From positions 1 to 39,126 of the IMG/VR virus record IMGVR_UViG_3300020045_005785: DNA of 39,126 nt; one strand, given 5' to 3'. Made by a program: the position numbers and the translations under genes. Source of the DNA: a virus (lineage: Duplodnaviria > Caudoviricetes). The stretch's first letter is position 1, and every line of letters begins with the position of its first letter. Shown here piece by piece: positions 1-9,898 of this stretch. Under the pieces are notes generated by a model. The model saw only the letters and a program-made list of their open reading frames with translations. It ran no database searches and was not told the origin of the DNA.

Positions 1-121
1 CAGAAACAACTTTAAATAAGTTTCTATCGTTAAAAGTTCCATTAACTAAATAAGGCGCGTAAGTGTCGTTAATTCCAAAACTAACTATTTGTGAAGTGAT
101 ATTGATATATTCTCCTAAATG
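1..121. repeat. 121-bp terminal direct repeat (copy 1), most likely circular-assembly overlap
   Basis: 1-121 is identical to 39006-39126, and a minus-strand ORF runs in frame through the junction. Confidence 0.95.
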
Positions 122-634
122 AGAAGTTGTGACAGTTGTAGCGTCAATTGATTTCCATTCACTTTTTTTAATTACAGGTTTAGCCAACAATAAAATGTTT
201 TCCGGAACTAAAGCGCCTATATAATTTCCATCTACATCTAAATCGCTTAATAAATCGACCTTTACTTCTTTACGTGCTTTGACAATTTGCAATTTACCAT
301 CTTCAATACCTTTGCATATGAAATATTCCAAATCGTCAGTTTCAGCGGTTGCAAAATCTAAATCACAAGTGTATTTATTTAATGGGTCGACTTCAATAGT
401 CAAAACCACTATTGCTTCAAAACCGAATTTTCTATGGTAATACAATAGCTGTTTCAGTTCGTGATTTCGCAAATGTGTAAATTCAAATTGAATCTCTCCA
501 CCCGAAAAGCTCACGTCCCTGCCCATTCCGTTATCTTTTTGCTTTAACGAAAAGTTTATATCAGAAGTTCCGAAAGGCTCGTCAATAACTTTTTTTCCGT
601 AATTGTCGCTTTTGAAGTCTAAAGTGAATTTCAT
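1..634 (-). CDS. N-terminal part of a large tail/baseplate structural protein, continuing at 39005-37123 (about 838 aa in total)
   Basis: ATG at 634 (MKFTLDFKSDNYGKKVIDEPFG...) directly follows the tape measure stop. The 634+2 nt make 212 codons in frame with the ATG at 39003. Confidence 0.85.
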   Translation of the reverse strand, partial: MKFTLDFKSDNYGKKVIDEPFGTSDINFSLKQKDNGMGRDVSFSGGEIQFEFTHLRNHELKQLLYYHRKFGFEAIVVLTIEVDPLNKYTCDLDFATAETDDLEYFICKGIEDGKLQIVKARKEVKVDLLSDLDVDGNYIGALVPENILLLAKPVIKKSEWKSIDATTVTTSHLGEYINITSQIVSFGINDTYAPYLVNGTFNDRNLFKVVS

Positions 635-636
635 AA

Positions 637-3126
637 TTATATTTTAAATCCAGTTCTTGAAACTCGATTGTTATTCTGAATCGTTCTATTTCCGTTTGAG
701 CCTATCCAACTTGAAAAACCTTTTTTATCGTATGTTGTTTGGCTAACTTGAATTTTTGCAAAATGTTTCCCCATAACCGAGTCCATTTCTTCGGCTGTCA
801 CACCTCCGTTAGTTTGATAGTTTCTGCTCATTGAAATACCTCTTTCGTTTAGCATTTCCATAATTTGCTGTTCGTGAGTTAATACCTTTGTTCCTTTTGG
901 CGCGTTCATTAATATATTTCTACCCTCTGGCATTATTTCCTTACCATTTGGGAGTATAATCTTTTCTTGAAAGTTTGCCCCTGCTCCATCATTTACAAGC
1001 ATCATTCCTCCTATGTGGTTATCAGTACCATCGAAATATTGAGGGATTTTTTGACTTGCGACTAAAGCAATCTGAGCAGCACCCAAAGCACCTAATATCA
1101 AAGCTAACGGTAATCCTGCAAATCCTGTTTTTCCTACTGTTGCCATAATAGCCTGAGCTGTATCAATAGCTATATTAAATATCGCTTGTTTCTGTTTCGC
1201 TTTGTTTTCTCGATTTGCTATTTCAATACGTTTCTTTTCATAATCTTCTTCTATTTTTTGCCTAGCAGATAATCCATCCCCTGCGAATTTCAATGCAATA
1301 TCTTTTTGACTTTCCAAACGTCGATATTCATTCTCAAAATTCATTTGACTAAATCCTGATATTATTTCTCCCGCTTTTTGTGCTTGTTCTGCAATAGAAT
1401 CAAAAGTATCTTTCCAATCTGATTTTAATTGTTTGTGTATTGGTTCATTTGGATTTACGAAATTATCAGGCAATATTGCACCACCTACAGGAACATCATT
1501 TAATTGTTTTTTAAGCTGAATTAATAGTTTTAATTGTTCATTTATAGCAGGTAATTCTTGGTCATTTGCGACTATTCTTTCAGTGGTAATTCTATCAATT
1601 TCTTTATTAATTTCATCTACAATAGTTGAAATTGGTTTGATATAACTTGCTAAATGGTCTAAATCTTCTTTTTTAGTCTTTTCTTGTTTGGCTTTTTTCT
1701 TTTTATCCGGTGCTGTTATAAAAGTAGCTAATTCCGATTGAGTTTTTAAATAATCTTCCTGAGACTGAGTTAAGGCTTTTTTTCTATCATCAATTATGGC
1801 TTGTTGATTATCTGCCTCTGCTTTTCTTTGTGCTTTTAATGACTTTTCAATGTTTTTTCTTTGTCTTTCAGGTTGTAAAGATTGTAAAAAAGCTTCAACC
1901 TTTCCAATGTGTTCTTCGTAAGAAACTGCATTTTCTTTGTTAAGTTTTGTTTGTTGTTCAGCAATAGATTTCGCTTCGGCTTCAACTATGTTTTTTTGAA
2001 TCAACGATAAAATATATAAATCAGTGGCTTTTGTAAGTTCTCCCGTTGATATAGCTTGGTCGTAAGTTGCTGACGTTAATCCCGGCAATGTCTTTTTTAT
2101 TTCTTCATAAGCTAATTTACGATTAATAGAGCTTTCGTTGTGATCTAGAACTATTTCAGTTAAGGATTGAACTTGTGTTATTTCAGAAGTTATAGCGGTT
2201 TTTGCATTTAATAATTCCTCGTTAAGTGCTTTTTGAGCCTTTTCAGCATATGAAATACTCATTGCCCATTCAACTATTTTTCCACCGTATAACGTTAGCA
2301 AAGTTACTCCTACACTTAATAATGTTTGCCATCCAAAAACAGCAGCTCCGATAGATTTTAATACCGAAACAGTCGGTTTGCCTTCCGCAACCAACATTTT
2401 ATTTTTATCACGAATACCATTTATTGCATCAAATAAAGCGGGAAAGTTATTTGATAAAGCCATAAATCCAGTATTCACACTATTTGCAAATGCTGGTGCT
2501 TCACGTGATAATTGATTGATTGAATTTCCTAATGCGTTGTAACCGCTTGCATAATTACCTACATTCCTTTGATTTTTACCAATAGTGGCATCAGTCATTT
2601 TTAAAATACCGTTGTACTTTTCATTAACAGCGGATAACGTTTTCAAACGCATTTCCTCATTTACTGTCAAATTGTTATAACGTTCTTTTCTAACCGCTAA
2701 ATCATTATAGGCTTTTGTAAGGTTGTTTATTTGCGTTTGTGTTTTATTGTATGCGGATGCGTTTTTTGTCGCTATTGCAGCTTCTTTTTGTGCATTCTTC
2801 TCAAACGAATCAAATGCCTTTTCTCTTTGTTGTTGTAAACGAATTTCAGCTAAACGGCTTTGTTCGGCTTTTTTAGCTATATCAGCGTGTAATTTTGTAA
2901 TTATAGTATTTTGCTTCTCTAATTGAGCATTTAAAGCGGTTGTGCTTTGAACGGTTTTATCGAGTCCGCTTGGTGTGTTTATCGTATTAAGCGATTTTGA
3001 CAACTTTAATGAATCATCAGCAAGAGATAAGACTTCTTTTCTTGCAAGAATCAATTCTGACGTTAAAAATTGAACTCCTTTTATCGCTTCGCTTCCAATT
3101 ACTAAATCTACGCTATTGTTATTCAT
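637..3126 (-). CDS. tail tape measure protein
   Basis: 829 aa, Ala/Lys/Gln-rich coiled coil with hydrophobic patches, located after the tail tube and chaperone genes. Confidence 0.85.
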   Translation of the reverse strand: MNNNSVDLVIGSEAIKGVQFLTSELILARKEVLSLADDSLKLSKSLNTINTPSGLDKTVQSTTALNAQLEKQNTIITKLHADIAKKAEQSRLAEIRLQQQREKAFDSFEKNAQKEAAIATKNASAYNKTQTQINNLTKAYNDLAVRKERYNNLTVNEEMRLKTLSAVNEKYNGILKMTDATIGKNQRNVGNYASGYNALGNSINQLSREAPAFANSVNTGFMALSNNFPALFDAINGIRDKNKMLVAEGKPTVSVLKSIGAAVFGWQTLLSVGVTLLTLYGGKIVEWAMSISYAEKAQKALNEELLNAKTAITSEITQVQSLTEIVLDHNESSINRKLAYEEIKKTLPGLTSATYDQAISTGELTKATDLYILSLIQKNIVEAEAKSIAEQQTKLNKENAVSYEEHIGKVEAFLQSLQPERQRKNIEKSLKAQRKAEADNQQAIIDDRKKALTQSQEDYLKTQSELATFITAPDKKKKAKQEKTKKEDLDHLASYIKPISTIVDEINKEIDRITTERIVANDQELPAINEQLKLLIQLKKQLNDVPVGGAILPDNFVNPNEPIHKQLKSDWKDTFDSIAEQAQKAGEIISGFSQMNFENEYRRLESQKDIALKFAGDGLSARQKIEEDYEKKRIEIANRENKAKQKQAIFNIAIDTAQAIMATVGKTGFAGLPLALILGALGAAQIALVASQKIPQYFDGTDNHIGGMMLVNDGAGANFQEKIILPNGKEIMPEGRNILMNAPKGTKVLTHEQQIMEMLNERGISMSRNYQTNGGVTAEEMDSVMGKHFAKIQVSQTTYDKKGFSSWIGSNGNRTIQNNNRVSRTGFKI

Positions 3127-3127
3127 A

Positions 3128-3751
3128 TCAATTCTGTTTTGCTTTTTCTTCTAATAATTTACATATTTCAATCCATCTTTTTACGGTTGTAGTTTTTGGA
3201 TTTATAACTCCTAATTCTGGTAAACCAATTTGAGCGATTAATAAATCTTTTTCCAAAACACGAGTTTCTACTTTTGCATCTTTGTTTAGTTCAATTTCAA
3301 TTAATGATATTCTTGTTTTAATACCTTCACACGCTATTTTTAATCGTTCTATTTCGACTTTATCACCATCTATTGTGTTAATCTCAGGCATTTTAAAACC
3401 GTGTTCCGCTAATTTTTTAATAAACAATAAACGAGTTTCCATTTCGTTATTACCGAACCCCAACCACATTATATAAAGAAGTGATTGAACAGCATTATAT
3501 TTCAATCGTAAACATTCAATTTCTGCCCATTTTTGTAAACGATTAGTAAATGAACGATCATCAATTGCTTTGAAATATTCGTCTAAAATAACCTTTTCGA
3601 TAGCTTCTAACGATGTATTTGATTGTTTTGTTTGCCGACCATCATAACCGATTATAAACCAGTTTAAATCACGTGTATTTCGGTATTTATCGAAGTTGTA
3701 CAATGGTAGAGTTTCGATTGTATCGTAATATTTTGTTCTAGTTAGTTTCAT
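3128..3751 (-). CDS. putative tail assembly chaperone
   Basis: 207 aa, immediately upstream of the tape measure gene; synteny only. Confidence 0.45.
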   Translation of the reverse strand: MKLTRTKYYDTIETLPLYNFDKYRNTRDLNWFIIGYDGRQTKQSNTSLEAIEKVILDEYFKAIDDRSFTNRLQKWAEIECLRLKYNAVQSLLYIMWLGFGNNEMETRLLFIKKLAEHGFKMPEINTIDGDKVEIERLKIACEGIKTRISLIEIELNKDAKVETRVLEKDLLIAQIGLPELGVINPKTTTVKRWIEICKLLEEKAKQN

Positions 3752-4212
3752 AAATACTTTTTTATAAATTTCATTAATTCTGGATAAACTATGTCATAAT
3801 TGACAATATCACTATTATTTTTATTTAGTCCAAATAAGTTTTTATAACCACTAAAAAACAATGCTTTATCTCCGCTTCCTGTTCCTGTTGAAAATATATC
3901 GAACTTTACCAAATTAGGCTGCAAATCAATTTGTAAATTAGATAAAAAAGCACCAGTTTCAAAGAAATTATAAGGCGTTCCAGCTACTTTTTTCGGGTCT
4001 AATAATTGAGTTGACAAAGAATAAACTCCTTTAAAACGACTGTTGCTATTATTTAAAACATTTCCATCACTACCTAAACCATCTTGAAAAGCATCAACAT
4101 TCAACGATATAATAAGATTTTCATTAGCCAACACAATCCTTTCCTGCTCGTTCAATATTTCACGTGCTACAAGTTCGCATTTTTTTATATAATCGTTTAT
4201 TGTTGTTGGCAT
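3748..4212 (-). CDS. putative tail completion/neck protein (likely start MPTTIND at 4212)
   Basis: Position in the tail module; the FFETGAF motif resembles the xxTGxL motif of HK97 gp10-like proteins. Confidence 0.45.
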   Translation of the reverse strand: MPTTINDYIKKCELVAREILNEQERIVLANENLIISLNVDAFQDGLGSDGNVLNNSNSRFKGVYSLSTQLLDPKKVAGTPYNFFETGAFLSNLQIDLQPNLVKFDIFSTGTGSGDKALFFSGYKNLFGLNKNNSDIVNYDIVYPELMKFIKKYL

Positions 4213-4225
4213 AAGACAAATATAC

Positions 4226-4257
4226 AAAAAAACCCATTACAATTAAGCAATGGGTTT
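4226..4257 (-). terminator. intrinsic terminator after the major tail gene
   Basis: AAACCCATT..AATGGGTTT stem followed by a T-run on the minus strand. Confidence 0.75.
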
Positions 4258-4278
4258 AATTCTCCTTTCTTTTTTAAA

Positions 4279-5181
4279 TTAGGTTACAATTACACTAGCT
4301 GTATTTGATTTATACAATACATCTGCCAAAGTCAAAATAATTCCATTTAAAGAAACTTCTACTATATCAGTAGCAACCATTGCGCCAACTGTTAATGTAT
4401 ATTTCTTTGTAGTTGAACTATAAACAGCTACTGTAGGATTGTTTGCAACTCCGTTTTTAGTTACTGCAAAATCACCAAATAACAACCCTTCTACATGATG
4501 TGTTTTGTCTAATAAGAACGCGCTTACTACAATTGAAGTTCCTGCTACAATTGGATTTGGAGTGACGATAACTTCATTTACTCCTGTAAGTTCACCAGAT
4601 GAAAAATCAGTTTCGCTACCTACAACCCAAGCATTTCTTTTGTCGATTTCGTCTCTAACTGTTTTTTGAAGTAATACAGATTTACTCGAAGCATCAACTC
4701 CGTTTGCACCCATATACTTGTTAGAATCAAAAATACCTAAAGTATATCCTTTTGGTTCTCCTGTTTTTGTAGTAGTCATCCAAATAGCATCATCTACGTC
4801 AAATTCAATCAAATCATATTGATTGTAACTATCTAAATAGGATAATGCTGTAGCAAAATTAACCCCATTGTCGAAAGTTGCTAATTTTTCATAAGGGTTT
4901 TTTCCTGCAGAAACTTTAATCCCAGATCCCGGTCTTGTAACAAGATTATTATCCGCTGTAGAATCTTCATAAGAAATAACGCCTTGAAGCATTATTAAAA
5001 TTCCGTCCTGTTGCAATTGACGCATATAATCTTTGGTTATTTCCGCATTAAATTTATATCCTTTTTCCAAAAGACCTAATGCAACAACTCTTTTTTGATT
5101 AATTGAGCAACCTGCTAAACCAGTGCCTAAAACACCGTTTGCACCGCAGTTAATTGTGTTAATTTGTGTTTCTAAACTCAT
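4279..5181 (-). CDS. major tail (tube) protein, possibly with a C-terminal Ig-like extension
   Basis: 300 aa, follows the head-tail genes and precedes a terminator; Val/Thr-rich C-terminus. Confidence 0.65.
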   Translation of the reverse strand: MSLETQINTINCGANGVLGTGLAGCSINQKRVVALGLLEKGYKFNAEITKDYMRQLQQDGILIMLQGVISYEDSTADNNLVTRPGSGIKVSAGKNPYEKLATFDNGVNFATALSYLDSYNQYDLIEFDVDDAIWMTTTKTGEPKGYTLGIFDSNKYMGANGVDASSKSVLLQKTVRDEIDKRNAWVVGSETDFSSGELTGVNEVIVTPNPIVAGTSIVVSAFLLDKTHHVEGLLFGDFAVTKNGVANNPTVAVYSSTTKKYTLTVGAMVATDIVEVSLNGIILTLADVLYKSNTASVIVT

Positions 5182-5321
5182 TTTATAAATTTGTTAGATG
5201 TTAATTTTTCGATTATTTTTTTATCTGAAAGCTCTATTTTAGAACCAACTCGATATAATTTGTCTAAAGTAAACTCTTTGGCTACTTTAAACGATTTTGT
5301 TTTAATTTCTTTTTCTGCCAT
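5178..5321 (-). CDS. small hypothetical protein (47 aa, MAEKEIKTKSFKVAKEF...)
   Basis: Read manually. It fills the gap, with an ATGA overlap to the next gene. Confidence 0.65.
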   Translation of the reverse strand: MAEKEIKTKSFKVAKEFTLDKLYRVGSKIELSDKKIIEKLTSNKFIK

Positions 5322-5325
5322 AGCA

Positions 5326-5820
5326 TTAAAATTTAATATTTTCTTTTATGCAACCTGATATAATTTCGACTTCTAAATCCAAAACCAACGCATTCCAAAT
5401 AGTAATTAATCCTTTTCCGTTATCATTTAAGCTAAAATTAGGTTTCAATTCTTTGTCGATAGTGCTTCCAACTATCTTAGTAATTCCGCTTTTATTTAGC
5501 AAAGTGACAAAATCATTGTAAACAGGAATAAGAACTTCTTTATAATCTGTTTGGTATTGTTGAGCATTAAATCCATCAACATCATTTGAACGTGTTGCGA
5601 TAACAAACCTTGCATTTCTTGTAACTCGATTTCTTAATAAGTCATCTGTATCTTTTGATGTTACTAACCAAATAAGAGGGTATTTTGATACACTTTCTTT
5701 GAGTACTAAGAATTTATTTAGTACATCAATTGTTCCCCAATCGTAACGAATTGTATGTGTATCGTTCCATTGTGGCATTAATGCGACTAATTCCCTTAAT
5801 TTCTCTTCAAAAACTATCAT
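5326..5820 (-). CDS. putative tail terminator/head-tail joining protein
   Basis: 164 aa, synteny. Confidence 0.5.
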   Translation of the reverse strand: MIVFEEKLRELVALMPQWNDTHTIRYDWGTIDVLNKFLVLKESVSKYPLIWLVTSKDTDDLLRNRVTRNARFVIATRSNDVDGFNAQQYQTDYKEVLIPVYNDFVTLLNKSGITKIVGSTIDKELKPNFSLNDNGKGLITIWNALVLDLEVEIISGCIKENIKF

Positions 5821-6422
5821 ATTCCAAAGCTGTTTTTGGTTTCGTAAATCTTAAAATATTCTGGTTTCCAATTCGTAAAATCGCCTTGTTTATCCATCAA
5901 ATAACCGTAAAGACTCTTTTCTACATTATTGCATCCATACCAATCAATAAAGTTACCCTCAATGAATGGAGTAGTTAAATACTCTCCTTGATATTGTTTT
6001 ATGAAATTCTGGTGCGCTCCTGCGATTAAGTATTTAGGTGTTTGAGTGGTTGCGTTTTCAGCATTTACTTTTTTTGCTCCTGTTGATGAAAGTCTAATAT
6101 CTGTTTGAGTAACAAATTCCTGATAAATGTAGTTAGCAATTAATGAATCATCATTATCTAAACCTAACCATATTTTGTCATCATATTCATCGCCTTGAAT
6201 CAGTTTCTTAAACTTTTCATCTGCTGAATCAATATCAGTAATTGCTTTAATTTCGTTATAAAGACTTAAACCAAGTGCATTTAATAATATTTCTTTCTCT
6301 AACTTAGCACATAAATAATCTAATTCAGTAGCGTTGTTTGGTGTTGCTGACGGATCAACAACCGCTAAAGGAATATGAATGTAGTTTTGATTGCTAAAGA
6401 ATGATTTATTTACTATTTGCAT
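5817..6422 (-). CDS. putative head-tail adaptor
   Basis: 201 aa, downstream of the capsid gene; synteny. Confidence 0.5.
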   Translation of the reverse strand: MQIVNKSFFSNQNYIHIPLAVVDPSATPNNATELDYLCAKLEKEILLNALGLSLYNEIKAITDIDSADEKFKKLIQGDEYDDKIWLGLDNDDSLIANYIYQEFVTQTDIRLSSTGAKKVNAENATTQTPKYLIAGAHQNFIKQYQGEYLTTPFIEGNFIDWYGCNNVEKSLYGYLMDKQGDFTNWKPEYFKIYETKNSFGI

Positions 6423-6428
6423 TTTGTT

Positions 6429-6557
6429 TTATTTTTTTGGTTTTACTTCTTCAAAAAGTTTTATTTCTAATCCTTTTTTCAATGCGTCTTTATCTGTTAT
6501 TTCGATTATGGCGGACTTTTTATAGCCCGCCCAATCTTTTAACAATCTTACTTCCAT
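6429..6557 (-). CDS. small hypothetical protein (42 aa, MEVRLLKDWAGYKK...)
   Basis: Read manually; TAATG overlap with the capsid stop. Confidence 0.65.
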   Translation of the reverse strand: MEVRLLKDWAGYKKSAIIEITDKDALKKGLEIKLFEEVKPKK

Positions 6558-7738
6558 TATGCTTTAGTCAATGCAGTAATAGCAGTTGAAAGCACACCTT
6601 TAACGAAAGCTCCGTAATGATTAGATTTTACTCTTTGTACCAATCTAGCCTCAGCCAAAATAGTCACTAAGTTTTTAGTAAAATCGTCATTTTCATAACC
6701 TACGTTAATTGTTAAACCTTCTTTGAAACGAACGCCAGCTTTGCTAAAATCACCTACTAAGAATGAATCTAAGGCAATTCCTGTATTTGTGATTACACGA
6801 ATACCGCTTACAACTGTTCCGTCAAGTGCAGCAAATGGAGGCATTACGTATTGTCCTGTAGAATCTTTTGACAATTCCATCCCTGTTACATCTGTTGGGT
6901 GCATCAATATATAGTTTGGCTCAAACAAGTTAACACGAACTTGATTAATAGCAGTTCTAAGAACATCCCATTTAGTTGGTGTTGGAATCGCTAAAGCAAA
7001 AGCACCAGCAGCCCAAGCGGTAGCATTCGTATTGATTCCTGTTAAATTAACAGTCAGTCCTGTACCGTTCAATAATTGGTCGTCAATTTTCAAATTGATT
7101 AACTCGGTCAATTCTTGGTCAATTTCCGAACGCATCAACTCAACATCATCAAGCATTTCTTTTGTAACCTTGATGTATGCAGTCACTTTTTTAACGTTAG
7201 CACTTGCAACAACTAAATCAAAATCAGCTTGAGATTTAGCTGCACCCTCAGCAGTCATAGCAGAACCACCGTCACGGTTTTTTTGCTCTACCCATTCCCA
7301 AACGTTAGACATAATTGTGCCAACATTTACCAATTGCAATACAAAAGGATTTCTTGTTACAATTCGAGTAATACCAGCTTCTCTTTCGGCTTGTGGAATT
7401 TGTCCAGTTGTGTTAGTAGATAAAGCCATTGTTCCAGCAGCTTTTAGCGTAATTTGAACGCTTGCTCCTGATTTTTCCTTCATTGCTTTTAACTCTTCTG
7501 CTTTTTCAGTCAAAAGTGTTGCTAATGATTCAGGAACGTTAGAAGTAGCTCCTTTTGTTTCGATCGCTAAAACTTTCAATGCGATTTCTTCCAAATCACT
7601 TTTCAATGTTCCAACTTCATTTCCTTTTGTCTCTAATTCAGATACTTTCGACATTAAAGTGATAAGTTCAGTTTTAGAAACGGTTTCGTTTTTCATTGCG
7701 TCAATTTTTAGACCCAATTCTTTGATGATTTCTTCCAT
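6557..7738 (-). CDS. major capsid protein, HK97 fold, with N-terminal coiled-coil (delta-like) domain
   Basis: 393 aa; TAEGAAK, KKVTAYIKVTKEML.D, QLLNGTG, LVGDFS and DDFTKNLVTILAEAR segments are typical of HK97-family capsids. Confidence 0.92.
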   Translation of the reverse strand: MEEIIKELGLKIDAMKNETVSKTELITLMSKVSELETKGNEVGTLKSDLEEIALKVLAIETKGATSNVPESLATLLTEKAEELKAMKEKSGASVQITLKAAGTMALSTNTTGQIPQAEREAGITRIVTRNPFVLQLVNVGTIMSNVWEWVEQKNRDGGSAMTAEGAAKSQADFDLVVASANVKKVTAYIKVTKEMLDDVELMRSEIDQELTELINLKIDDQLLNGTGLTVNLTGINTNATAWAAGAFALAIPTPTKWDVLRTAINQVRVNLFEPNYILMHPTDVTGMELSKDSTGQYVMPPFAALDGTVVSGIRVITNTGIALDSFLVGDFSKAGVRFKEGLTINVGYENDDFTKNLVTILAEARLVQRVKSNHYGAFVKGVLSTAITALTKA

Positions 7739-7742
7739 TTGT

Positions 7743-8576
7743 TTAAAATTTGTTTAATAGTTCTTTTAATAATTGTTTTTCTTTTTGAGTGTCGATTGAC
7801 GGCTCATTATCTAAAGTGTCAATTAAGACGGCTTCTTCTTTATTTTCGAGTGTTGGAGTTGCTGAATTACTACCCATTACAACCGCTGAACCCTCGATTA
7901 TTTTTGCTTCTTTTACTACCCAAAAATAACCTCTTTCATCGGCAGTTTCTTTATTGGCAATAATAGGATAAAATTCATCCCATAAATCTTTATATTCTTT
8001 GTCGTATTCGGCTTCGGTATTTATTGCTAATTCCAATTGAACGTAACGCATACCTACTGAATGATTCTTAACCCATCCATTAGCGTATTGATTAAGCATA
8101 AATTCGTTACGCTTTTTATCAATTGTGCTTTCAAAAATTAATGCTTCGGTTTTCCCTTCGTATGGCAAACCCAACTTTTTCCAAGCCATAGATTGAACAT
8201 AACCTTTTGCACTATCAGTAATTACTTTATCAAATTCTCTTTCGTGTTCTTGTAAATGTAAAAATGAAACATTGTCTTTTACTGATTTGTTCCAAATACC
8301 GTTTACGTGTACGTCTCCGTGACTGTCTAAAAAGTTAGTAGTATTGATTACTACTTTCACATTTAAAGATTCTGGATTTTGAATTTGACTTTGAACATCT
8401 TCTTTGTTCGTATCTATTTTAATAGAAGTATCTAAATAACCAAATGAAACAGCATCAGCATTTTTAGTTGCTGATTTCTTAATCGAAACAAGTTCTTTTT
8501 TGTTTTCAATTAATGCCTTGAATAATTCCTCTTTCGTTTGGAATTCTTTGTTTGGAAATTCTAATACTTTTATCAT
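7743..8576 (-). CDS. prohead protease-like protein
   Basis: Between portal and capsid; DSHGDVH, HSVGM and EGSAVVMGSN match the HK97-type protease pattern. Confidence 0.7.
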   Translation of the reverse strand: MIKVLEFPNKEFQTKEELFKALIENKKELVSIKKSATKNADAVSFGYLDTSIKIDTNKEDVQSQIQNPESLNVKVVINTTNFLDSHGDVHVNGIWNKSVKDNVSFLHLQEHEREFDKVITDSAKGYVQSMAWKKLGLPYEGKTEALIFESTIDKKRNEFMLNQYANGWVKNHSVGMRYVQLELAINTEAEYDKEYKDLWDEFYPIIANKETADERGYFWVVKEAKIIEGSAVVMGSNSATPTLENKEEAVLIDTLDNEPSIDTQKEKQLLKELLNKF

Positions 8577-8668
8577 TTTTTTACAATTTTATCGAATGAT
8601 TTTGCTTTTTCTTGTTTCAACTTCTCAATTTGTGCCTTAGTTAATTCTGGCTTTTTTTGCTCTTTCAT
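8573..8668 (-). CDS. small basic protein (31 aa, MKEQKKPELTKAQIEK...)
   Basis: Read manually; ATGA overlaps at both ends. Confidence 0.55.
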   Translation of the reverse strand: MKEQKKPELTKAQIEKLKQEKAKSFDKIVKK

Positions 8669-9846
8669 AACCCTAATTTTAATTTAAATTCATCGATTAA
8701 TTTAACCTTAGCTTCTGGCGTGTAATCTACCAAAGTATTTATATACAATTGCAAAGTTTCTATTTTTGATTTCATTACTAATTGCATTACTGGTAAATGG
8801 TCGTATGATGCTTTCAAAGATTCTCCTTTATCAATCAAACCAAATGAACTTGCAAAGCTATTCATTGCGTTGTTAGCATCGGATTGAATTGAATTTTGCA
8901 CGTAATCCAACATCGCTTTTTCCTTGTTTTCGTAAGTGCTTGCTCCGTTGCTGAAATAGTTGATTATATCTTTCGACATATCAAAAGCATTTAAACAAGT
9001 AAGTGCATCAGCAGAAAATTGTTCGTCTAAATACAAACGTTTCATATCGCTAACTAAATGTTGAGCTTTGATATTTGCGTTTGTGATTAATAATGATTTT
9101 TGTGCAATCTTAGAAAATATATTATTCTTATCGTCATCTTGAATCTGAGCCTCATTTCCATCTCCTTGACTTGCCATCAAATATTTTTGGCTCATCTTTA
9201 AATTTACATTTTTAGACAGTAAATTCTCTTCGATGTTTTGGATTGTTTTTGATATTCCTTTTAACCGTGAAGGCGAACTCATTAACGAATTAACCGTCAA
9301 TCCATTTGCTAAATCGTAGGTAGGAATCAAATCTTTAATTGCAATATCAAATGGTTGTCCATCCAAAGTATAAATAATCTTTCTATCTCCATAAGCTTTT
9401 AATTCGTCTTTTGTTGATATAAAAGATTTTACTTTTTCTGTGTCATTTAGTTTAATTTCACTCGGAATAAGATTGTAAATTGATTTTGTGGCGGAAAGTG
9501 CGTTAACTTTATAAGTTAAGTTTGTACCATTAGCGGATAAAAACCACATTTGCTGAAAAAAGAAATCTTCTTGAGATTGAAAATAGTTAGGCTGTTTGAA
9601 AAGTTTAAGTATTTCGCTATTTTCAATTGGTTTGCCTGCTGAGTTCAAATGAGTAATTTTCATTTGACTGTATATTTTGGCACGCAAAGCAATAATAGCT
9701 AATAATACAGGATTTGTTAATGATAATTCTAAATACTTAGTAGAATTAGTAAAACCATCCTGATCTAAAAAAGAATAGGTAAAAATTCCATTACGGTCTC
9801 TTTCAACTGTAACAGCACTTTTACCCCAAAAATTGAATAATCCCAT
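8665..9846 (-). CDS. portal protein
   Basis: 393 aa right after terL; NPVLLAII..RA, PNYFQSQEDF and STYENKEKA resemble HK97-type portals. Confidence 0.85.
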   Translation of the reverse strand: MGLFNFWGKSAVTVERDRNGIFTYSFLDQDGFTNSTKYLELSLTNPVLLAIIALRAKIYSQMKITHLNSAGKPIENSEILKLFKQPNYFQSQEDFFFQQMWFLSANGTNLTYKVNALSATKSIYNLIPSEIKLNDTEKVKSFISTKDELKAYGDRKIIYTLDGQPFDIAIKDLIPTYDLANGLTVNSLMSSPSRLKGISKTIQNIEENLLSKNVNLKMSQKYLMASQGDGNEAQIQDDDKNNIFSKIAQKSLLITNANIKAQHLVSDMKRLYLDEQFSADALTCLNAFDMSKDIINYFSNGASTYENKEKAMLDYVQNSIQSDANNAMNSFASSFGLIDKGESLKASYDHLPVMQLVMKSKIETLQLYINTLVDYTPEAKVKLIDEFKLKLGL

Positions 9847-9898
9847 AGTTACGATGTTTCACAACATTGATAATTGTAGCAAATATAATAAAAAATAA

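Noticed and set aside
1-121. Biological terminal repeat
   Set aside because: It falls mid-gene and its length fits a k-mer overlap, so it indicates circular assembly rather than physical genome ends.
3128-3751. Programmed frameshift in the tail chaperone
   Set aside because: A single ORF fills the space up to the tape measure gene, so no second frame is needed.
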